DNA of 64,000 nt from Candidatus Versatilivorator sp. (GTDB lineage: Bacteria > Acidobacteriota > Terriglobia > Versatilivoradales > Versatilivoraceae), in the NCBI GenBank assembly GCA_965207735.1, contig OZ242296.1:2656001-2720000 (forward strand), in the 5' to 3' direction. Shown piece by piece: positions 1 through 8,213 of this stretch; position 1 is the first letter of the stretch; each line of letters opens with the position of its first letter. A program made the translations under genes and the position numbers. The notes under the pieces are model-generated. The model did no database searches, was not told where the DNA came from, and saw nothing but the letters and a program-made list of their open reading frames with translations.

Positions 1-689
1 CCCGTGATCCCGGCCATGCAGTGGCCACGGTCCTTCATCTTCCAGCCCGTGGGCAGGATCCGGAAGTAGCCGTCTCCGTAGCGGTCGTCCTCCCCCACCG
101 GACGGAACACGTGCACGCTCCCGTCGGGAAACACCATCCGCACCTGGTAGCGGTACCAGTGCTTTCCGATGAAGTCGTCACCCCCGCCCGGCGTCAGCGG
201 CAGCCCGTCGCAGTAGTTCGGATAACGCCCCCGGCGGTGCTGGTTGCGGTCCTGCACGTCCAGCCGGTAGTCGTAGTTGTAGCGCCACCCCGGACTTCCG
301 AAGGCCTCCCCCACCCGCTGCACCTCCCGGTAATAGGGGTCTCCCGGCAGCGTCCGCTCCGAGTTCCACTCGTGCTGCACCAGGAAGTCCCGCAGGTTGC
401 TGTTGTAGTTGAGCGTGAGCTCGAAGCCCGGATTGCCCCCGCGCCCCGGCGGCAAAGACGCCAGCGGCACCACCAGCGTCACGTTGCCGTTCTTGGCGTT
501 GACCGTCTCGATCTCGGAAAACTGGTAGGACCCGGTCGGCACAAAGCCCCGCTCACCGGCTTCCTTGCCCGCCGTCTTGCCCTGCCCCCACAGCCCCGGG
601 GCCAACACACACAGCCACCCCAGCCCCGCCGCCGCTGCCGCCAGCCCTCGCCTCGACCCCGTTCTCATGCCCACTGTCCTCCTCCTCAT
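1..689 (-). CDS. RHS/YD-repeat-type secreted protein, N-terminal part (runs off the window start; missing from the ORF track)
   Basis: Manual translation from ATG 689/668 (GAGGAGG upstream of 668): MRTGSRRGLAAAAAGLGWLCVLAPGLWGQ (signal peptide), then ...GSYQFSEIETVNAKNGNVTLVVPLASLPPGRGGNPGFELTLNYNS...GWRYNY...RMVFPDGSVHVF. This matches the 'VN..NGNL...PL..LPGRGG...L.L.YNS...GW' N-terminal pattern of RHS proteins. The YD core itself lies outside the window. Confidence 0.75.
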   Translation of the reverse strand, partial: MRRRTVGMRTGSRRGLAAAAAGLGWLCVLAPGLWGQGKTAGKEAGERGFVPTGSYQFSEIETVNAKNGNVTLVVPLASLPPGRGGNPGFELTLNYNSNLRDFLVQHEWNSERTLPGDPYYREVQRVGEAFGSPGWRYNYDYRLDVQDRNQHRRGRYPNYCDGLPLTPGGGDDFIGKHWYRYQVRMVFPDGSVHVFRPVGEDDRYGDGYFRILPTGWKMKDRGHCMAGIT

Positions 690-691
690 GG

Positions 692-1483
692 CTATGGCAG
701 GCTGAACTTGCCGTCCTCGGCCGCCGCCGCTATCCCCGCCTCCCGGATCTCGAGCTTCACCACCTCGACACCGTTCTCAAAGCGCACCATCTTCCCCGGG
801 ATCAGCTGCCCGTAGACCTCTCCCCAGTCGCTGATTTCCACCGACACCTTCACCTCGCCCCGAACCCGCTCCGGACTCAGCCGGTAGCGCACCCGCTCCA
901 GCAGCGCCGTGTCCGAGTTGAAGTAATAGAGCTTCCGCTGCCGCAGGGGACGCCCCACCACCCGCACCTCGTTGATCACCTCGTAGAGGTCGTAGTCCGG
1001 ACCCACCCGGTTGCCCGAATCGTCCACCCGGTGGTAGCGGCTCCCCAGAAGCCGCGTCGCAAACCCTTCGAGCTGACCGATGAAGAACCCCTCCACCGAG
1101 TCGTAGACCAGCATCTCGATCAGGTCCTCATCGGCCAGAACCGCCGTCCCCCGCTTCTTCCTCAGGTTCCCCGCCCCGTCGTAGACCAGCAGCTCGTCCT
1201 TGTTCGGGTCCGGCTCCTCCCCCAGCCGCTTCTCCAGGCGCACCTTCCCCGGAAACTCCCACAGGATCCGCACCCCCACCGGGCTCTGACCCGCCCGCGT
1301 CAGCACCCCCAACAGGTCCAGCCGCTCCTTGCCTTCGACCTGCAGCCGGTCCCCCATGATCTCGAGCACCCTGCCGGCCCCGTAGGGCACATCCTGCGGC
1401 CCCACGTATCCCTGCCCCGCTCCCGGCCAGGGCAGACCCAGCAGGCCCCAGACAACCGCCATCCCAACCGCTATCCTCTTCAT
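692..1483 (-). CDS. Exported hypothetical protein, beta-rich (possible LolA-like/sorting fold), RHS-locus partner
   Basis: Likely start MKRIAVGMAVVWGLLGLPWPGAGQ at 1483 with a purine-rich RBS and signal peptide. C-terminal 'LYYFNSDTALLERVRY...ISDWGEVYGQLIPGKMVRFENG' resembles LolA-like/outer-membrane sorting proteins. Stop lies 2 nt from the RHS start. Confidence 0.7.
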   Translation of the reverse strand: MKRIAVGMAVVWGLLGLPWPGAGQGYVGPQDVPYGAGRVLEIMGDRLQVEGKERLDLLGVLTRAGQSPVGVRILWEFPGKVRLEKRLGEEPDPNKDELLVYDGAGNLRKKRGTAVLADEDLIEMLVYDSVEGFFIGQLEGFATRLLGSRYHRVDDSGNRVGPDYDLYEVINEVRVVGRPLRQRKLYYFNSDTALLERVRYRLSPERVRGEVKVSVEISDWGEVYGQLIPGKMVRFENGVEVVKLEIREAGIAAAAEDGKFSLP

Positions 1484-1506
1484 CCCTTTCCTCCCTTCCG
1501 CTCTCC

Positions 1507-4500
1507 CTACGGGTCCGGCGTCGACTCCTCTTCCTCTTCGTCTTCCTCCGGACAGTCCTTCGGGTCCTCGCACTCCTCCTCCGGGTCCCGCCGCACCGGG
1601 TCCCCCGTCACCGTGAAGTCCACCCCCGTGCTGGTCAGACCGTTGGCCGTCACCGTCACCGATACCGTCCCCCGGCCCAGGTGCCTCGGCACCAGTGCGT
1701 CGATCGAGGTGTTGCTCCAGCTTTCGATCTCCGCCGAGCTCCCCCCGAAGCTCACCGTATCCTCGGTCGTCCCGAAGTTCGACCCCGAGATCGTTACCTG
1801 AGAGTCCGGGACCCCCTGACTCGGCAGGATGCCGCTGATCGACGGCGCCGGTGGCGCCGGCTGGCCGGTGACCGTCACCGAGTCCAGCCGGGCTCCCAGG
1901 ATGCGGTTCTCGTAGTCGTAGAGATAGAAGACGTAGCTGTGGGCCGGCGACTGCTGGATCCAGGAGGGCGAGGAGCTGCCCGTCCGCCCGCTGCTGGCAT
2001 GAACCCGCTCTGCCTGCCCATTGTGGGAAGTTCGGACAAGCAGTCCCGTGGTGCCGGTGGCGCTCCAGCGGACGGTGGTCGTGCAGGTGGTCGCCGACGC
2101 TGCAATGGTGCAGGGGTTGGGCGAGGCGCTGATGGTGCCGGGCGGCCTGGCGTCGACCGTCACCGTCTCGCTGTCGCCGGCGTCGCTCCAGGCCGGGTTG
2201 GAGGCCGTGATCGTATAGTCATGGCTGCCCTGAACGGGCGTCAGGTCGCGGCTCCCGCTGGAATTGCCCGATACGGTGCCGATGCCGCTGATACCGGTGA
2301 TGACCGTGGTCTCGGCATTGGTGCTCGACCAGGTCACCGTCACCGGCTGACCCTGGTTGATGCTGGTCCGGTTGGCGCTGATCGCGGCCGTCGGCTCGTC
2401 CCAGGCCGTCACAGTGACGGTGCAGCTCGCGGCATAATTTCCGGTCCAGGCCGGATTGCTGGCAGTCAGCGTAAAGGTGTGGGCGCCTTTCGTGCTCAGC
2501 CTCACTGTATGGGGACTGGTGACGGATCCCGAGGTGCCGGTCACGATCACCGTTTGAGCGTTGGTCGCCGTCCAGGTCAACCTAGAAGTGCCGCCGGTCC
2601 TGACGTCGGTGGGATTGGCCGAGCAGGAGCTAATGGTCGGCCGCGCCCAGACCGTCACCGTGACGGTTTTTGTGACTTTCTTGTTGCCGGTGTCGGTGCT
2701 GCAATTGCTCGCGCAGGCCATCAGCGTGTAGGTATGGGAGCCTGTCGTGCTCGGCCGCACATCCTGGGCGCCATCCACGGGCACCGAGGAACCGTTGATC
2801 GTCACCTGTTCGGCGTTACTCGTCTGCCACGCCAGCGTAGAGTGGCTGTTGGTCGCAATGTGCTCCGGATCGGACGTGAAGGAATCGATCCTCGGCAGGG
2901 CCATCGTCGTCACCGTGAAGGTGCCGATGGTTCTCGCCTCCCGGGCGACGGTGACCACCACGCTCTTGTTACCGGTCGTGGCGTTCTGCGGCACCGTGAA
3001 CACGATCCGGGTGTCGCTCCAGCTGGTCGGCGTCACCGCCGCTCCCCCGAAGGTCAGCGTCGAAATTCCCTGCCTCGCCCCGAAGCGCGACCCCATGACC
3101 GTCACCGAGGTCCCCACCTGTCCCGAGGCGGGACTTAGCGAGAGCGCCCGGTCGCCGGTGACTAAGACCGAGCACAGTTGACTGCCCCGCCTTCCGCCGG
3201 AGTGGTCATGGACGGCGAACTCGTGGCGAAAGCGCGGCGCCGGCTCGATGGTGGCGTTCTGGTTGCCCGAGGTGGAATCGGTGGTCGTGAAGGCCGTCAG
3301 CGTCCCGCCGAGGTATCCGAAGGGGGTCCGCTCCTGCCGCTTGGTCCAGACCCGAACGGCGGTCGTGTTCATCGATGTCCAGGTGAGGGTGGACGTGCAG
3401 GTGCTCCGGCCCTTGGCAATGATGCAGGGGTTCGGAGCGGCAGTGATGGTGCATCGTACCGTCCCCACCGGGGGAACCGTCCCCACCGTGAAGGTGCCTA
3501 TGGTCCTGGCCGTCCCGCCGACGGTGACCACCACCTCTCCGGTGGTCGCCTCTGCCGGCACCTCGACCACGATCCGGGTGTCGCTCCAGCTGGTGTAGGT
3601 CGTGACCGGGGTCCCGTTGAAGGTCACCGTGGACGCGTTCGGGCCCGTCCCGCGGGAGTCCCCGAAGGCCGACCCCATGATGGTCACCACCGTCCCCACC
3701 GGTCCCGAGTCGGGACTCAGCGAGAGCGCCTTGACGCCCTTGACCGTGACGGTGGCCAGTTGGCGGCCCCTCCTGCGGGTGGAGGTAATATACTCATACA
3801 GATAGAAGGGGGAATCGGTCAGATCGATCCCGGTGAAGACGCGGTTGCCGTCGGGGCTGCCGCTTCGGACCACGATCTCGTTGATCGAGGACGTCGAGCC
3901 CTCCTGCGGCCTGATGCGCCGCACCTGAACGGCCGTGGTGTCGGTCGAGGTCCAACTCAGGGTGGTCGAGCAGGTGGTCTGCCCCGCCGCGATGGTGCAG
4001 GGATTGGGGCTGGCCGTCAGGGTGCCCTTGGGCATGCGGGTCGGGTTGCGGTCACGGATCACCACCGAGACGTCCGGGATCTCGATCCCCTGGTAGCGGC
4101 TGTCGGTGCTGGTGGCCGCATGGGTGATGACCTCGGTCTCTCCCACCGTGTCGTCGTCCCGACCGACCGAGACGGTGATCCATTGGGGAGAGTCCCAGTT
4201 CGAGGCAGTGAAGGTCACCCGGGCGGGGTTGACCGTCACGTCGGCCGTATTGTCCGAGCCCCGGCTGACCGAAAGCGCGATCGCCACGTTGGCCGTCGGC
4301 GCCGCGCCCAGCTCCAGCGTATAGGCCCCTGTGTGCCCCTCGGTGAGCCGCAAGCTGTTGGTCAAGGCCGGCACCCCCGGCGTGTCGGGGTCGTCGTCGT
4401 CGTCGATGGTCACCACCACGCTGACCTCTCCCACGGCTCCGCCCTGGCTGATCGCCGCCAGCCGGCCGCCCAGGTAGACGTACTCCCGGGTGGGGGCCGG

Positions 4501-5589
4501 TGAGCCCATCGCCGTGGCCAAGTACCCATCCCGCAACAGGCCTCCCCGAAGCGACGAGCTCGAGCCGGTGGTGGCCCGCGTGAGGGTGTGGGTGATGCTT
4601 TCCACTTCATCCACCAGGTCGGTGTCCTGCACCGCCTCCTCCCGGTCCTCGTCCTCCCCCGCCGTCACCGTCACCGTCTGCGGCTCGTCCCAGTTCGAGG
4701 CCGTAAAGACCGGCAGGATGTCCACCGACAGGTCCGTCCCCTCGGAAGCGAACATCGATACCGTCACCGCCGAGGCCGGACTCGAGTCCAGCACCACCGT
4801 ATAGGTCCCCGTCCCTCCCTCCTCGACGGTCAGCTCCGTCGGATCGACCGTCACCCCCGTCACCGTGAAGGGAACCCCGTTGCTGGCCCTACCCCCCACC
4901 GTCACCACCACGTTGCCCGTCCTCGCTCCTGCCGGCACCGTCGCCGCGATCGAGGTCGCACTCCAGGCGGTCGTGACGGCTTCCGCCCCGTTGAAGGTCA
5001 CCGTCGAGAACCGCTTCGCCGCCCCGAAGTTCGAACCCGTGATCACGACCGATGTCCCCGGCTCCCCCGAGGTCGGATCGATCCCGCCGATCACAGGCGT
5101 CGGCGACACCGCGAACACCAACCCGTTGCTCGCCTGCCCTCCCACCGTCACCAGCACCCGGCCCGTCGCCGCCCCCACCGGCACCGCAGCCGTGATCGAA
5201 GTCGCGCTCCAACTCGTCGTGGCCGCCCCGGTCCCGTTGAAGGAGACCGTCGAAGTCCCCTTCGCCGCCCCGAAGTTCGAACCCGTGATCGTGACACTCA
5301 CCCCCACCCCTCCCGAGATCGGGGTCAGCCGGCCGATCGACGGCGCCGGCGTCCCGTCGGGGTCGTCGTCACCCAGCGTCACCTGGCAGGTGTCCCCAAT
5401 GTGTCCCTCTGCGTTCACCCTGTAGAGGATCCGCTCGTTGCCCTCCCTGCCGGAATCGTCGACCACCGTCAGCGTCCCGGTCGCGCTGCTCTCTCCCGCC
5501 GCTATCGTCAGCGTCGCCGGCGTCGTATATTCCGCCCCATGGGTCGCCGTCCCCCCGAAGGTCACCGCCCCTTGCACTATCGCACACAA
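1507..5589 (-). CDS. Large surface/adhesin-like protein: about 5 IPT/TIG domains, Calx-beta-like domains, PKD/Ig-like domains, 3 'ASPNPC' repeats; probably 5'-truncated
   Basis: Repeated 'P.SG..GT.V.I.GS.FG...S.VTF.G......WS.T.I...VP..A.TG.V.VTV' (IPT) and 'FTASNWD.PQ.VTV' (Calx-beta-like). Thr/Ser/Val-rich. No signal peptide; starts mid-domain at a TTG without an RBS. Confidence 0.85.
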   Translation of the reverse strand: MCAIVQGAVTFGGTATHGAEYTTPATLTIAAGESSATGTLTVVDDSGREGNERILYRVNAEGHIGDTCQVTLGDDDPDGTPAPSIGRLTPISGGVGVSVTITGSNFGAAKGTSTVSFNGTGAATTSWSATSITAAVPVGAATGRVLVTVGGQASNGLVFAVSPTPVIGGIDPTSGEPGTSVVITGSNFGAAKRFSTVTFNGAEAVTTAWSATSIAATVPAGARTGNVVVTVGGRASNGVPFTVTGVTVDPTELTVEEGGTGTYTVVLDSSPASAVTVSMFASEGTDLSVDILPVFTASNWDEPQTVTVTAGEDEDREEAVQDTDLVDEVESITHTLTRATTGSSSSLRGGLLRDGYLATAMGSPAPTREYVYLGGRLAAISQGGAVGEVSVVVTIDDDDDPDTPGVPALTNSLRLTEGHTGAYTLELGAAPTANVAIALSVSRGSDNTADVTVNPARVTFTASNWDSPQWITVSVGRDDDTVGETEVITHAATSTDSRYQGIEIPDVSVVIRDRNPTRMPKGTLTASPNPCTIAAGQTTCSTTLSWTSTDTTAVQVRRIRPQEGSTSSINEIVVRSGSPDGNRVFTGIDLTDSPFYLYEYITSTRRRGRQLATVTVKGVKALSLSPDSGPVGTVVTIMGSAFGDSRGTGPNASTVTFNGTPVTTYTSWSDTRIVVEVPAEATTGEVVVTVGGTARTIGTFTVGTVPPVGTVRCTITAAPNPCIIAKGRSTCTSTLTWTSMNTTAVRVWTKRQERTPFGYLGGTLTAFTTTDSTSGNQNATIEPAPRFRHEFAVHDHSGGRRGSQLCSVLVTGDRALSLSPASGQVGTSVTVMGSRFGARQGISTLTFGGAAVTPTSWSDTRIVFTVPQNATTGNKSVVVTVAREARTIGTFTVTTMALPRIDSFTSDPEHIATNSHSTLAWQTSNAEQVTINGSSVPVDGAQDVRPSTTGSHTYTLMACASNCSTDTGNKKVTKTVTVTVWARPTISSCSANPTDVRTGGTSRLTWTATNAQTVIVTGTSGSVTSPHTVRLSTKGAHTFTLTASNPAWTGNYAASCTVTVTAWDEPTAAISANRTSINQGQPVTVTWSSTNAETTVITGISGIGTVSGNSSGSRDLTPVQGSHDYTITASNPAWSDAGDSETVTVDARPPGTISASPNPCTIAASATTCTTTVRWSATGTTGLLVRTSHNGQAERVHASSGRTGSSSPSWIQQSPAHSYVFYLYDYENRILGARLDSVTVTGQPAPPAPSISGILPSQGVPDSQVTISGSNFGTTEDTVSFGGSSAEIESWSNTSIDALVPRHLGRGTVSVTVTANGLTSTGVDFTVTGDPVRRDPEEECEDPKDCPEEDEEEEESTPDP

Positions 5590-5661
5590 AATGCATTATG
5601 ACACATGGCTTGTCAACCCAATTTTCTTGTCTTTGGTAAAAAAACTATGCAATATGGTGCA
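5573..5661. promoter_or_regulatory. AT-rich divergent control region with three operator-like 14-mers and a leftward TTGACA
   Basis: TGCACTATCGCACA (5573-5586), TGCATTATGACACA (5592-5605), TGCAATATGGTGCA (5648-5661); TTGACA on the minus strand at 5616-5611. Confidence 0.55.
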
Positions 5662-5690
5662 TATAAGACGGCCTTATTCACAGGTGCCCC

Positions 5691-6464
5691 ATGTGCGCGG
5701 AGAAGCCTTTCGACCTGATCCGCACCGCCATCCGCGAATCCCTCATACGGTCCGGCGCCGGCGCCAGAACCCTCGAATCCAAGCTCGGCCTCAAGCCCTG
5801 GTCCCTCAGGGGCATCCTCGACCGCCGCCGCCCCCAGGTCCCCTCGGTCGACCGTGCCTTCGAGATCTGCCAGGCTCTCGGCCTCGAGTTCTACATCGGC
5901 CCTCCCCGGCGCTCTTCCTCCTCCCCGCCTCCGACCCGGACCGACCCCGCCCCCGAGTGGGTCGAGATCCTCCGCTCCGAGATCCGCCAGGCCCTCAACC
6001 CCGATAACGCCGGCCTCTCCCACGACCTTGTCCACGTCCCCCACCTCAGGACCCTCGTCGGCAGCGGCGCCGACCGTCTCGACCCCGAGGAAATCGGGCT
6101 CGTCCCCTTCCGCAAGAGCTGGCTGCTCCAAGACGGCATCGACCTTCACCGGTGCTATATGGTCCGCGTCCAGGGCCACGCCATGGCTCCCACCCTCCCC
6201 GACGGCTGCCTCGTCCTGGTCAACCCCGCATGGAAGGACCGCGAGAACGATCGCCTCTACCTGGTCCGCTCCCGCCAGGGGCTCATCGCCCGCCGCGTCC
6301 GCAAGGGACCCAGCGGCTCCCGCGGCATGGTGGCCGACAACCTCGCCTTCAACGATCGGTTCTGGCCGACCGACAAGGACGTGCTGGGGGAACTGGTCTG
6401 GATGGCTCGATGCCTGCGGAGTAAAAGCTCGGAGGCAGGAGTGTATGCGTGGGAAACGAAGTGA
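5691..6464 (+). CDS. Phage-CI-like transcriptional regulator (N-terminal HTH + S24-like C-terminal domain)
   Basis: HTH '...QVPSVDRAFEICQALGLEFYIGPP' and S24-like 'MVRVQGHAMAPTLPDGCLVLVN...LYLVRSRQGLIARRV...VLGELVW'. Confidence 0.8.
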   Translation: MCAEKPFDLIRTAIRESLIRSGAGARTLESKLGLKPWSLRGILDRRRPQVPSVDRAFEICQALGLEFYIGPPRRSSSSPPPTRTDPAPEWVEILRSEIRQALNPDNAGLSHDLVHVPHLRTLVGSGADRLDPEEIGLVPFRKSWLLQDGIDLHRCYMVRVQGHAMAPTLPDGCLVLVNPAWKDRENDRLYLVRSRQGLIARRVRKGPSGSRGMVADNLAFNDRFWPTDKDVLGELVWMARCLRSKSSEAGVYAWETK

Positions 6465-6714
6465 CAGACCGGCCCGGACCCGCCCGGCTACCCGTACCGG
6501 TCCGGACAGGAAGAGACCGAGGACGATCCCGGCGAAAGCCAGCCCCCCCAGACACGGTTACAGTGAGGAGGTTCAAGCCCGCTCCGGGTTGGAGGGATAC
6601 CGCCGCCGGGACTGCTTGGAGTAAACGGGGCCTCGAGAAGCCCGCCGGCCCGGACACTGAATCGGCCGCAAGCTATCCCCCGCAAGCCAGCCTGTATTGG
6701 TCACGGACACCCCC

Positions 6715-6820
6715 GTGCCGGTTGCCCTCGTAACCGGACGGGCCTTGCGTCCAGCGATTGATCAGGCCGACCCCGTCACGGCAAAGAACCCTGGAATCTG
6801 TCAGGATGTTCCCAGGCAAG
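6715..6820 (+). pseudogene. Remnant of the 3' end of an IS1634-family transposase
   Basis: 106 nt colinear with 33177-33282 (shares GTCCAGCGATTGA, GCCGACCCCG and CAGGATGTTCCCAGGCAAG); in-frame TAA replaces a GAA codon. Confidence 0.8.
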
Positions 6821-7298
6821 TCCCGCCCCTGCCCTGCCGGGCAGATCATCCGAAGGTGAAACAACGAATCTTCATGTCCTGCCGGGAATAGGGGCCATGC
6901 CGTGCTAAACCGGTTTTCGACTTATTGAACATGGATGCACAGGATAGACAGGATAAACAGCTAGCCGTTTTCGTTTTGGAAATGAAGACGAACCACGAAT
7001 GGACACGAATAGACAGGAATAGGGATGGACCACCTTCAATGACCAACCGCGCCCGAATGCATCTGCTATATCGTGACCTTCTATTGAACATCGATGCACA
7101 GGATTAACAGGACGAGAGCTTCCTGCACCAGAAGCCAACTCGGGCGATGATCCGGGCGGATTTGCGAATTCCCGGCATTGGAAGCTAGCCGTTTCCTGAA
7201 GAATCCTGTGCATCGATGTCGATAATTCCTGTAAATTTCGGTGACCCCTTTGCCGACCTTTGGCCCATTTCTCTTGAGCCTTCTCCAACGCCTTAGTG
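6813..7298. repeat. Mosaic of intergenic repeat modules (partial 182-bp unit, CACGAAT module, GATGCACAGGAT MITE-like element 7088-7219)
   Basis: Segments match 27806-28377, 37256-37290 (inverted) and 27596-27747; 18-bp perfect terminal inverted repeats at 7088-7105 and 7202-7219. Confidence 0.8.
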
Positions 7299-7370
7299 GC
7301 TCGTCTCGGTATAATGGGCGGACCTCGCTCTGACAGAGGAAATTCCAACGGACATCAAAGGACAGGGCCG

Positions 7371-8213
7371 ATGAGCAATATCAGCTATAGCACCGTGGGT
7401 TTTAGAGATCGGGATGTGGAGGCTGCCCTGGACGGGGTCGCTGCCGCGGGGTTCACCCAAACGGAAATATTGGGACAAGAGCCTCACCTGGCGGCCCCCC
7501 CCACGGGGAAGGCTTTGGCGGACTTTCGAGCCCGCCTGGCGGCGCGAGGTCTTCGGGCCAGAACGGTTCATGCTCCCTTGACCCGGAATGTCCTGGGAGC
7601 CCCCGAGGAAAACTGGCGCCTGGAAGTGGTCGAGATATTGGCCGGCTACCTTCGGCTGGCCGCCGGACTGGAGGCCACCGAAGTCATTATTCATCCGGTA
7701 CCCAACCCCATTTTCGTTCCCGAGGGCGACCATCCCGAGGTGGCTCGCCGCATCGCCGATGCGGTTCCGCGGTCCCTGGACCGACTGGTTCCGGTTGCCC
7801 GCCTCGAGGGCGTCCGCATCCTGCTGGAGAACCTGCCCTACTCCTGCGGCTATCCCTATCTGGACATGCGGGAATTGCGGCCGCTGGTGGATGGCTACCC
7901 CGAGGAGCAACTGGGACTGGTGATCGATACCGGACACGCCTGGACGATGAGACGGGACCCCTCCCTGGAAATCGAGCTCGCCGGATCCCGTCTCCGGGGA
8001 ACCCACCTGCAGGACGTCGACTACGAGAACCCCAACGACAACCACTGGGCGCCAACGAAGGGAGGACTGAACTGGCCGGCCATCCGCAAGGCGCTGGCTT
8101 CGGTGGGATATCCCGGCCCCTGGACCTTTGAAGTCGCCCAGGGGACCCAGGGCGAGACCCCCGACCAGTTGGCGCATTTCACCCGCCAGGTGGCGCGCTC
8201 CTGGGGCCTGTAA
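7371..8213 (+). CDS. Sugar phosphate isomerase/epimerase (xylose-isomerase-like TIM barrel)
   Basis: Motifs 'ILLENL', 'IDTGHA', 'HLQD', 'NHWAP..G.LNW', 'GYPGPWTFEV'. Confidence 0.85.
   Translation: MSNISYSTVGFRDRDVEAALDGVAAAGFTQTEILGQEPHLAAPPTGKALADFRARLAARGLRARTVHAPLTRNVLGAPEENWRLEVVEILAGYLRLAAGLEATEVIIHPVPNPIFVPEGDHPEVARRIADAVPRSLDRLVPVARLEGVRILLENLPYSCGYPYLDMRELRPLVDGYPEEQLGLVIDTGHAWTMRRDPSLEIELAGSRLRGTHLQDVDYENPNDNHWAPTKGGLNWPAIRKALASVGYPGPWTFEVAQGTQGETPDQLAHFTRQVARSWGL

Noticed and set aside
21-815. 264-aa plus-strand ORF
   Set aside because: Antisense shadow of the minus-strand RHS-type gene; no recognisable motifs.
1681-5601. Several long plus-strand ORFs (300-485 aa)
   Set aside because: Arg/Gly/Pro-rich or mirror translations opposite the GC-rich adhesin gene.
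6550-6600. GGTTCAAGCCC T-arm-like motif suggesting a tRNA or att site
   Set aside because: No cloverleaf, acceptor stem or CCA could be built.
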